This document shows, in pieces, positions 16,342 through 23,977 of a stretch of DNA of 27,009 nt. The position numbers and the translations under genes are program-made. This stretch comes from a virus. Its lineage: Duplodnaviria; Caudoviricetes. Numbering within the stretch: the stretch's first letter is position 1; each line of letters starts with the position of its first letter. The stretch covers positions 1 to 27,009 of the IMG/VR virus record IMGVR_UViG_3300042350_000102; one strand, 5' to 3'. The notes under the pieces were generated by a model. That model was not told where the DNA came from, searched no databases, and worked only from the letters and a program-made list of their open reading frames with translations.

Positions 16342-16409
16342 GGTGTGCGCAGTTGCCATTGCCGCACCTTCGGGGAAAGCGCCAGTTGGTGTGAGTACCT
16401 TCTTTTTTT
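16342..16409 (+). promoter_or_regulatory. Two-hairpin RNA element with U-tract upstream of terS (possible terminator or attenuator)
   Basis: Stem GGTGTG..CGCACC, then GGG-GAA-A-GCGCC-AGTT-GGTGT-G-AGTA-CCT, then TCTTTTTTT and the AAGGAG RBS. Confidence 0.5.
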
Positions 16410-16422
16410 AAGGAGTTTACAA

Positions 16423-16935
16423 GTGACTGATAACTTGGCGTCAGAAATGACAGTGCAAAGAGAAGGCCCAGGCCGTCCAGCTTTGTTTCCGGCAGAACAT
16501 GAGGCTTGGCAAAATATCCTGCGTGGCATCTCAGAAGGCAAAAGTCTGACTAGCACCCTTAGAACCGAGGGAATGCCCAGTTACTCGCTGGCGCGTCAAA
16601 TGATCAAGAACAACCCAGAGTTCAGGGCGGCTTACGAAAAGGCCGTAGAAGACCGCGCAGACCGTTTGGCAGAGGAAATCATTGAGTTGTCAGACAAAGA
16701 GCTTCCAGACGGTTTAGAAGGCTCTATGGCTAGTGCTTGGGTTCAACAGAAACGTCTGCAAGTTGAAGCACGCAAATGGGTTGCTGCAAAACTTAAACCG
16801 AAAACCTACGGTGACCGCATTGATGTTGCCGTGACCGATCACAGGATTAGCGTCATGGATGCGCTGACACAAGCCAAACAGCGCGTGTTGATGGATAACA
16901 GTAACGTGGTAGATGTGGAAGCAAAGCAGGCGTAA
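16423..16935 (+). CDS. terS: Terminase small subunit (Sf6-like)
   Basis: ISEGKSL HTH, AD.LAEEIIELSD and RLQVEARKWVAAKLKPKTYGD motifs. GTG 16423 after AAGGAG. Confidence 0.88.
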   Translation: MTDNLASEMTVQREGPGRPALFPAEHEAWQNILRGISEGKSLTSTLRTEGMPSYSLARQMIKNNPEFRAAYEKAVEDRADRLAEEIIELSDKELPDGLEGSMASAWVQQKRLQVEARKWVAAKLKPKTYGDRIDVAVTDHRISVMDALTQAKQRVLMDNSNVVDVEAKQA

Positions 16936-17043
16936 TCGGGAAGGTTATGCGCTTTTTGCATAAAAATTGTACGGTTACGCGCACGCGCGCGTGTTGCATA
17001 AACGCAACGAAAAGAAAGCCAAACAACAAGAAAAGCATCGTCT

Positions 17044-17071
17044 GCTTTATACAATGACCATTATGTTAAGT
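17044..17071 (+). other. dif-like XerC/XerD recombination site
   Basis: GCTTTATACAA-TGACCA-TTATGTTAAGT has 11-6-11 architecture. The right arm matches 10/11 of the XerD arm TTATGTTAAAT. The left arm is divergent. Confidence 0.65.
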
Positions 17072-17081
17072 TGACCCTGAG

Positions 17082-17170
17082 TTATCCACAGAAAAAATAC
17101 TACTCAGGCATTACAGTCTGAGTTATCCACAGGCAATTGTGGACAACTGTGGAAAAGTACCTGTGGACAA
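17082..17170. promoter_or_regulatory. Cluster of five DnaA boxes
   Basis: TTATCCACA at 17082 and 17123. Inverted TGTGGACAA at 17138, TGTGGAAAA at 17148 and TGTGGACAA at 17162. Confidence 0.75.
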
Positions 17171-17300
17171 GCGCCCACAGGCCGCCAGCCGGCCAATGGG
17201 GAGGGGGTAGGGCCGGCGCAAAAGGGCCGCAGGAACGGTAGCCCCGCGAACATTTTTTAAAATATTTTTAATTTTTATTTTTTCGTTTAACATCGCCCTA

Positions 17301-18827
17301 ATGCAAACCACAATCTACAAGCCCGAAGACGAACAAGAGTTGATGGCCACGCTGTGGACACCGGCCATTGCCGATGACCCAGAGGCGTTTGTGCTGTTTG
17401 CCTTCCCTTGGGGTCAGGAAAATACACCTCTCCAAAACTTCAAAGGCCCTCGCAAGTGGCAGCGCGAAGTCCTGCGTGAGATAACTCAGCACATTAAAAA
17501 CAACCAGGGCAAAGTTGACTTCAACACCCTGCGCAGTGCTGTGTCCTCTGGCCGTGGTATTGGTAAGTCTGCGCTAGTCAGCTGGCTCACTATCTGGATG
17601 CTATCGACACGCATAGGCTCAACAACGATCATTTCGGCCAACAGCGAAGCCCAGCTGCGTGCGGTGACATGGGCCGAGATCACAAAGTGGTTGGCCATGA
17701 GCATCAACAGCCACTGGTTTGAGGTTGCAGCCACCAAGATCACCCCTGCGGCATGGCTCACTGAACTGGTTGAAAAAGACCTTAAAAAAGGCACAAGATA
17801 TTGGGCTGTTGAGGGCCGCCTGTGGTCAGCAGAGAATCCTGATGCTTACGCTGGTGTCCACAACTTTGATGGTGTGATGGTGATCTTTGATGAGGCATCA
17901 GGTATTGATGACTCGATTTGGGCTGTGACGGCTGGCTTCTTTACGGAGAACACACCAAACCGCCTTTGGCTGGCTTTTTCCAATCCACGCCGAAACACTG
18001 GTTATTTTTATGAGTGCTTTAACTCCAAGCGCGACTTCTGGAGTAATAAGGTGGTTGACGCACGCACGGTGGAAGGCACGGACAAACAGGTTTACCAGAA
18101 CATTATTGACGAATACGGCCCCGACAGCTCACAAGCCCACGTTGAGGTTTATGGCATGTTCCCATCTGAGGGTGATGACCAGTTTATTCCGGCTGACATT
18201 GTGGATGAGGCCATGAGCAGGCCAAAATACAAGGATCAGACGGCGCCAATCATCATTGGAGTTGACCCTGCACGCTTTGGCGCTGACGCAACGGTGATTG
18301 CTATTCGCCAAGGCCGCGACATTGTGAGGATTGACCGCCACAGGGGCGATGACACCATGACTGTGGTTGGCCACATCATTGAGGCCATCGAAGAATTCAG
18401 CCCTGCCCTAGTGGTTATTGACGAAGGTGGGCTTGGCGCTGGCATTGTTGACCGTTTGAAAGAACAACGGTACAAAATCAAAGGTGTCAACTTTGGCAAT
18501 AAATCGGCAAATCCCATCATGTATGGCAATAAAAGGGCCGAAATGTGGGGAAAAATGAAGGAATGGCTACGTTCTGCCAGCATTCCCAAAGATAGGTTCT
18601 TGAAAACTGATTTGGTTTCGCCTATGATCAAACCAGATTCGAGGGGCACTATATTTTTGGAGTCAAAGAAGGACATGAAGGCAAGGGGCCTTGCATCTCC
18701 TGACGCAGCTGACGCAATATGCGTGACGTTTGCGTTTCCGGTGGCTCATAGGGAATATACTGCGAAGGAAAGAACCCGCGCATATTCTGACCGCACGGCA
18801 GTTGCAACTTCATGGATGGGAAGTTAG
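17301..18827 (+). CDS. terL: Terminase large subunit
   Basis: SSGRGIGKS Walker A, VIFDEA Walker B, SNP, and GVDPAR and SPDAADA nuclease motifs. Confidence 0.95.
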   Translation: MQTTIYKPEDEQELMATLWTPAIADDPEAFVLFAFPWGQENTPLQNFKGPRKWQREVLREITQHIKNNQGKVDFNTLRSAVSSGRGIGKSALVSWLTIWMLSTRIGSTTIISANSEAQLRAVTWAEITKWLAMSINSHWFEVAATKITPAAWLTELVEKDLKKGTRYWAVEGRLWSAENPDAYAGVHNFDGVMVIFDEASGIDDSIWAVTAGFFTENTPNRLWLAFSNPRRNTGYFYECFNSKRDFWSNKVVDARTVEGTDKQVYQNIIDEYGPDSSQAHVEVYGMFPSEGDDQFIPADIVDEAMSRPKYKDQTAPIIIGVDPARFGADATVIAIRQGRDIVRIDRHRGDDTMTVVGHIIEAIEEFSPALVVIDEGGLGAGIVDRLKEQRYKIKGVNFGNKSANPIMYGNKRAEMWGKMKEWLRSASIPKDRFLKTDLVSPMIKPDSRGTIFLESKKDMKARGLASPDAADAICVTFAFPVAHREYTAKERTRAYSDRTAVATSWMGS

Positions 18828-19088
18828 ATGGCTACAAAGAAAAATGTCTCTCTAAGCGTTGGCCGTGGCGAAAAGTTGCCGGTGTCTAAGGGTGCTGGCT
18901 TGACCGCCAAAGGGCGCGAGAAGTACAATCGAGAAACTGGCTCTAATCTTAAGGCGCCAGCGCCTAACCCTAAGACTAAAGCAGATCAGGGGCGCAAGGA
19001 TTCATTTTGTGCAAGAATGGGCGCAGTAGCGGCCAACGCCAAAGATGGCGAACGCGCTAAAGCAGCTCTTAAACGATGGAAGTGTTGA
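18828..19088 (+). CDS. Small basic protein, 86 aa
   Basis: Lys-rich, with GLTAKGR..NLKAP..RKDSFCARM..ALKRWKC pattern recurrent in aquatic phages. Confidence 0.8.
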   Translation: MATKKNVSLSVGRGEKLPVSKGAGLTAKGREKYNRETGSNLKAPAPNPKTKADQGRKDSFCARMGAVAANAKDGERAKAALKRWKC

Positions 19089-19089
19089 T

Positions 19090-19242
19090 ATGGCTACCAA
19101 ACCCGGCTTATATGCCAATATCCATGCAAAACGTGAGCGCATAGCCGCTGGCAGCAAAGAAAAGATGCGCCAGCCAGGCGACAAGGGTGCGCCCACTGCC
19201 AAAGCGTTTAAAGAATCTGCCAAAACTGCGAAAAAGAAATAA
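19090..19242 (+). CDS. Small basic protein, 50 aa
   Basis: MATKPGLYANIHAKRERI..APTAKAFKESAKTAKKK. Starts 1 nt after the previous stop. Confidence 0.75.
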   Translation: MATKPGLYANIHAKRERIAAGSKEKMRQPGDKGAPTAKAFKESAKTAKKK

Positions 19243-19244
19243 TC

Positions 19245-19673
19245 ATGGCAAATACCAAGCCAATTGGCGTTGCATACGAAGACCAGAACATCATTGGTGC
19301 TGATATTGTTCAAGCCACCAACATTGCCACCACTGGCACGATTGGTTATGCAGCTGGCGCTTACGACACCGTAACTCAGCAAAATAACAAAACAACAGCA
19401 GTCACGATTAACACGCCTTCTGGCCAGATTATTACGGCCAACGCTCAGATGGCCCCTAGCGCCAATGCGGTGTTTGTGGTCAATTGCAGTGCAGTCAGCA
19501 CCAAAGATGTGGTGGTGATCAGTGTGGCCTCTGGCGGTACATTGGGCGCGTACAACGTGTTTATCGTGGCAGTCAGCAATGGCTCGTTCACGGTAGAAAT
19601 CAAGAACGTGACAAACAACGCATACAGCGAAGCCATCCATTTGAACTACGCCATTTTCCACACGGAGACTTAA
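19245..19673 (+). CDS. Putative virion structural protein (beta-rich), 142 aa
   Basis: Thr/Ala/Val/Asn-rich and located in the late operon. Confidence 0.65.
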   Translation: MANTKPIGVAYEDQNIIGADIVQATNIATTGTIGYAAGAYDTVTQQNNKTTAVTINTPSGQIITANAQMAPSANAVFVVNCSAVSTKDVVVISVASGGTLGAYNVFIVAVSNGSFTVEIKNVTNNAYSEAIHLNYAIFHTET

Positions 19674-19811
19674 ATGCCACTGGTTAAATCAAAATCACCC
19701 GAAGCCTTTCGCAAGAACGTCAAAGCTGAAGTTAAAGCTGGCAAGCCCGTCAAGCAGGCCGTGGCCATCGCGTATTCAGTCAAACGTGAAGCAGAAAAGA
19801 AGAAAAAATAA
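19674..19811 (+). CDS. Small basic protein, 45 aa (absent from the ORF track)
   Basis: [45 protein letters not shown]. Its stop overlaps the portal ATG. Confidence 0.75.
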   Translation: MPLVKSKSPEAFRKNVKAEVKAGKPVKQAVAIAYSVKREAEKKKK

Positions 19812-22000
19812 TGGCTGATCCAACCGGAATGGTCGCGGCGGCTAATGTAGCCGCTGGCGGCAAACCACCAAAGTCTGACTCAGATATTCTGACAACCGCC
19901 CGCGCTCGGTTGGACATGGCAGTCTCCGCACTGGCCGAGAGCCGCGAAGATGAGATAGACGATCTGCGCTTTTATGCCGGATCACCTGACAACCACTGGC
20001 AGTGGCCTGCTGACGTCCTTGCCACTCGCGGTGCGGTGCAAGGTCAGACGATCAACGCACGCCCAACATTAACGATTAACAAACTGCCGCAGCACGTTCG
20101 TCAAGTGACGAATGACATGCGTCAGAACCGCCCAGGCGCAAAGGTCATCCCAGTCGATGACAACGCTGACGTGGAAGTGGCTGAGATTTTTAACGGCATG
20201 ATTCGCCATATTGAGTACATCTCTGACGCTGACGTGGCATACGACACGGCCTGCGAGAATCAGGTGTCTTACGGCGAGGGTTACATCACCCTGATGACCG
20301 AGTACTGTGACGAGAACACATTCGATCAAGACATCAAGATTGGCCGAATTCGCAATAGCTTCTCGGTTTACATGGATCCGCTGATCCAAGACCCAACGGG
20401 TGCAGACGCCAAGTATTGCTTTATCACCGAAGACCTGACCAAAGCAGAATACGAGCGCCAGTACCCAGATGCTGCGCCTATCTCTACGCTCCAGTCCCTT
20501 GGTGTAGGCGATCAGTCAATCAGCAACTGGCTCAACGAAGACACAGTGCGTATTGCAAGTTACTACTACATTGACTACGACAAAACCAAGCTGAATTTGT
20601 ACCCTGGCAACCAGTCGGCCTTTGAAGGCACGCCTGAAGACAAGATGCTCAAGGACATGTTTGGCAAGCCTGTCAAATCACGCATGTCTGAGCGCCCACG
20701 GGTGATGTATTGCAAGATCAACGGCTATGAAATCCTTGAACAAAAAGAGTGGGCTGGCAAATGGATTCCTGTGATCCGTGTGATCGGCAACGAGTTTGAG
20801 GTTGATGGCCGTATCTACATTTCTGGCCTTGTGCGTAACGCCAAAGATGCCCAGCGCATGTACAACTATTGGGTCAGCCAAGAAGCTGAGATGCTGGCTC
20901 TGGCGCCCAAGGCTCCGTTCATTGGCTATGGTGGCCAGTTCGAGGGTTACGAGGACAAGTGGAAGACCGCCAATACGAACAACTGGCCCTATCTGGAAGT
21001 CAATCCAGACGTTACAGACGGCCAAGGCGCAGTTCTGCCACTACCCCAGCGTGCGCAGCCGCCAATGGCCTCCACGGGTCTATTACAAGCCAAGGCAGGG
21101 GCATCTGAGGACATCAAGTCTACAACTGGCCAATATAACGCTTCTCTTGGCATGGGTTCCAACGAACGCTCTGGCAGGGCTATCTTGGCTCGTCAGCGCG
21201 AGGGTGATGTTGGCACATACCACTATGGTGACAACCTGACCCGTGCCGTGCGCCATGTGGCTCGTCAGTTGGTGGACTTGATTCCTAAGATTTACGACAC
21301 CCAGCGCATTGCTCGCATCATTGGTGAAGATGGCGAGACTAAAATGGTCAAGATTAACCCTGACCAACCAATGCCAGTCAACAAGATTGTCAATGAACAG
21401 GGTATTGTGATTGAGAAAATCTACAATCCTGGTGTTGGCAAGTACGATGTGGTGGCCACAACTGGCCCAGGCTACGCAACCAAGCGCCAAGCGGCATTAG
21501 AAGCCATGGCGCAGCTGTTGCAAGGCAACCCACAATTGTGGTCTGTGGCTGGCGACTTGTTTGTGAAGAACATGGACTGGCCTGGCGCTCAAGAGATGGC
21601 CAAGCGGTTCCAGAAGACCATTGATCCTAAGTTCTTGTCGGACGACAATGACGATCCAGCATTGCAGGCGGCGCAGCAACAGATTCAGGCCATGGGCGCT
21701 GAGATGGAGCAGATGTACCAGATGATCCAGAATGTCGGCAAATCTATTGAGATGCAAGACATGGAGCGCAAGGACTTTGAGGCTCAGATCAAAGCATACG
21801 ATGCCGAAACCAAGCGGATTGCTGCTGTGCAGGCCGGTATGACTGAAGAACAAATCCAAGACATTGCTATGGGTGTTGTCGCTGCGGCCATGGAGTCGCA
21901 AAACACAATGAACCAGATGCCTGAGATGCGTGAGGAATCCATGCCCATGGAGATGATGCCCCAGCAAGAAATAATGCCTCCACAAGGAATGCCACAATGA
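19811..22000 (+). CDS. Portal protein, P22-like
   Basis: 729 aa. DDLRFYAG..QW, RPTLTINKL, GLVRNAKDAQRMYNYW, SGRAILARQ, GKYDVV..GP.YATKR motifs and a Gln-rich barrel tail. Confidence 0.93.
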   Translation: MADPTGMVAAANVAAGGKPPKSDSDILTTARARLDMAVSALAESREDEIDDLRFYAGSPDNHWQWPADVLATRGAVQGQTINARPTLTINKLPQHVRQVTNDMRQNRPGAKVIPVDDNADVEVAEIFNGMIRHIEYISDADVAYDTACENQVSYGEGYITLMTEYCDENTFDQDIKIGRIRNSFSVYMDPLIQDPTGADAKYCFITEDLTKAEYERQYPDAAPISTLQSLGVGDQSISNWLNEDTVRIASYYYIDYDKTKLNLYPGNQSAFEGTPEDKMLKDMFGKPVKSRMSERPRVMYCKINGYEILEQKEWAGKWIPVIRVIGNEFEVDGRIYISGLVRNAKDAQRMYNYWVSQEAEMLALAPKAPFIGYGGQFEGYEDKWKTANTNNWPYLEVNPDVTDGQGAVLPLPQRAQPPMASTGLLQAKAGASEDIKSTTGQYNASLGMGSNERSGRAILARQREGDVGTYHYGDNLTRAVRHVARQLVDLIPKIYDTQRIARIIGEDGETKMVKINPDQPMPVNKIVNEQGIVIEKIYNPGVGKYDVVATTGPGYATKRQAALEAMAQLLQGNPQLWSVAGDLFVKNMDWPGAQEMAKRFQKTIDPKFLSDDNDDPALQAAQQQIQAMGAEMEQMYQMIQNVGKSIEMQDMERKDFEAQIKAYDAETKRIAAVQAGMTEEQIQDIAMGVVAAAMESQNTMNQMPEMREESMPMEMMPQQEIMPPQGMPQ

Positions 22001-22359
22001 AAGCAAATGAATTTTTAGGCTTGCTGTTCTTGGCGCGGGATGTTGCACATTCCGTACACTTGAACACCCGCAGTTTTAGCAAGCACGAAGCGCTCAACAT
22101 CTTCTACAACCGCATCATTGGTGCGGCTGACGACTTTGCCGAAACCTATCAGGGCCGGTATGGTCTAATTGGCCCTATTACCTTGAATTCGGCCAAGAAG
22201 ACGGCTAACATCACTGAATTCTTGCAGGACTCACTTGCTGAAATTGAAGCAGCCCGTTACGATGTGTGTGATAAATCTGATTCAACAATGCAACAATTGA
22301 TAGATAATATCGTTGAGATATATCTTCGCACGCTGTACAAGCTCAAATTCTTGGCATAA
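21997..22359 (+). CDS. Ferritin/Dps-like four-helix protein (DUF5856-like)
   Basis: H..HLNT.SFSKHEAL..FY..I...D.FAE.YQGRYG and terminal LYKLKFL. Confidence 0.7.
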   Translation: MKANEFLGLLFLARDVAHSVHLNTRSFSKHEALNIFYNRIIGAADDFAETYQGRYGLIGPITLNSAKKTANITEFLQDSLAEIEAARYDVCDKSDSTMQQLIDNIVEIYLRTLYKLKFLA

Positions 22360-22365
22360 GGAAAC

Positions 22366-22677
22366 ATGATGGAACTTTTAAACCCAATGAGCAAAGCGGA
22401 TTTCCCCGCTTTTACCGCAACAGCCGGTGCAAGCGCAGGCAACACAACCGCATGGAATGCAGGCCCACAAGGCGTTTTGGTTTGGTGCGAAGTGCCTTGC
22501 TACGTTGAAGTTGGTGTGGGTGCTGTTGCCACTAGCGCCAGCACACCGATCCCTGCTTACACGCCAATTCCTTTTGTTCTGACACTCAGTTCAAACGGTT
22601 CTCCTTGGCGCGTCAGTGTGCTGCGAATTGGTAGCACAGACGGCACTGCGTACTGCAAACCTATTAACAAGCAATGA
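22366..22677 (+). CDS. Hypothetical virion-associated protein
   Basis: AAGGAA RBS, beta-rich, late operon. Confidence 0.7.
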   Translation: MMELLNPMSKADFPAFTATAGASAGNTTAWNAGPQGVLVWCEVPCYVEVGVGAVATSASTPIPAYTPIPFVLTLSSNGSPWRVSVLRIGSTDGTAYCKPINKQ

Positions 22678-22838
22678 GCTTTGGTGTCGCCCTTCGCAAT
22701 TCGGTGGCCATTGGCCTAGCCGGTATTGTCACGCTGTTTTCAGGTACACGCGACAGTGGCGCATCGGTAGGCAATCTTCTCACTGAATCTGGAGATAATT
22801 TGGTGCAAGAAGATGGTGGACAAATTCTTTTGGAGTGA
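22674..22838 (+). CDS. Small protein with LLTESGDNLVQEDG..ILLE motif, 54 aa (absent from the ORF track)
   Basis: ATGA overlap with the upstream gene. The motif is typical of fibre/spike adaptor peptides. Confidence 0.7.
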   Translation: MSFGVALRNSVAIGLAGIVTLFSGTRDSGASVGNLLTESGDNLVQEDGGQILLE

Positions 22839-22843
22839 CCTAA

Positions 22844-23323
22844 ATGGCCGTATTTCTCTCCCCCGTGGGCGGCGTTGCGGCCCAGTTTTTCACAAATACT
22901 GGCGCAGTATTGACTGGCGGCAAGCTGTTTACTTATGCGGCTGGGACAACAACGCCGCAAGTTACTTACACAACTAGCGCGGGGAATGTAGCTCGTACCA
23001 ATCCCGTTGTGTTGGATGCTGCGGGCCGTGTTCCTGGCAGCGGCGAAATTTGGATTTTGCCAGTTTCATACAAGTTTGTTTTAAAAGATTCAAACGATGT
23101 ATTGATTGCAACATACGACAATATTTTTGGCTCTGGCGCTTTTGCGGTTACAAATTACACAGGCAATGGCTCAACTGTTGCGTATGCAGTTACGGGAAAT
23201 GTGGTTGCTGTTTACATTAACGGCGTATATCAAAACAGAAACACATATTCTGTTACGGGCGGCACTTTGACATTTACTGAGGCTCCGCCTGTTACTTCTT
23301 TAATTGAAATTCTGTACAACTGA
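22844..23323 (+). CDS. Tailspike/fibre attachment-domain protein
   Basis: QFF...G..L.GGKLFTYAAGTTTP..TY..NPVVLDAAGR N-terminal virion-binding motif plus a short VYINGVYQ..TLTFTEAPP repeat unit. Confidence 0.7.
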   Translation: MAVFLSPVGGVAAQFFTNTGAVLTGGKLFTYAAGTTTPQVTYTTSAGNVARTNPVVLDAAGRVPGSGEIWILPVSYKFVLKDSNDVLIATYDNIFGSGAFAVTNYTGNGSTVAYAVTGNVVAVYINGVYQNRNTYSVTGGTLTFTEAPPVTSLIEILYN

Positions 23324-23335
23324 TAAGGGATCATC

Positions 23336-23968
23336 ATGGCAGATAAAAAGATTTCCGCGCTGACCGCAGCCTCAACTCCGTTGGCGGGGACTGAAGTTCT
23401 GCCAATTGTTCAATCAGGCGCAACGGTTAAAGTTGCCGTATCGGATTTAACAGCAGGCCGCGCAATTAGTGCGACTACTGTAACTGCATCAACCGGCGAT
23501 ATAACATCAACTGCTGGAAATTTTGTAGTTGGTACGTCTGGCAAAGGCATCGACTTTTCTGCCACACCAGGCACAGGCACAAGCGAGTTGTTGGCTGACT
23601 ATGAGGAAGGTACGTTTACGGCAACAATGACCCCTGAAACAAGTGGAACAATCACACTTGAAACCACTGTGCAGACACTTGTTTACACTAAAGTTGGACG
23701 ATTAGTGTATGTAAACGGGCTTCTTCAAGTAAATTCAGTTTCATTGCCAGTAGGCAGCTACGTATCAGTCACGCTACCTTTTGTCGTTATTAACACGGGC
23801 AATCAGTCAAGATTTGGTAGCGCTTCTGTGGTAAATCAAGCTGGCACATATTCAAATAAAGTGTTGTTGGGCGTAGAGGGCACTAGCGTTGTTCGGTTGT
23901 ATATCACCGCATCTACTATTGCTAGTACTGATCAATTTTCTTTTGGTTTTAGCTACGCAACAACATAA
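23336..23968 (+). CDS. Tail fibre-like protein
   Basis: MADKKISAL N-terminus and LADYEEGTFT..YTKVGRLVYV..LPF C-terminal fibre domain. Confidence 0.7.
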   Translation: MADKKISALTAASTPLAGTEVLPIVQSGATVKVAVSDLTAGRAISATTVTASTGDITSTAGNFVVGTSGKGIDFSATPGTGTSELLADYEEGTFTATMTPETSGTITLETTVQTLVYTKVGRLVYVNGLLQVNSVSLPVGSYVSVTLPFVVINTGNQSRFGSASVVNQAGTYSNKVLLGVEGTSVVRLYITASTIASTDQFSFGFSYATT

Positions 23969-23977
23969 GGAAAAATT

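Noticed and set aside
19002-22100. Long antisense ORFs over the late genes (and similar ones elsewhere)
   Set aside because: No recognisable motifs or RBS. Explained as shadows of codon bias on the coding strand.
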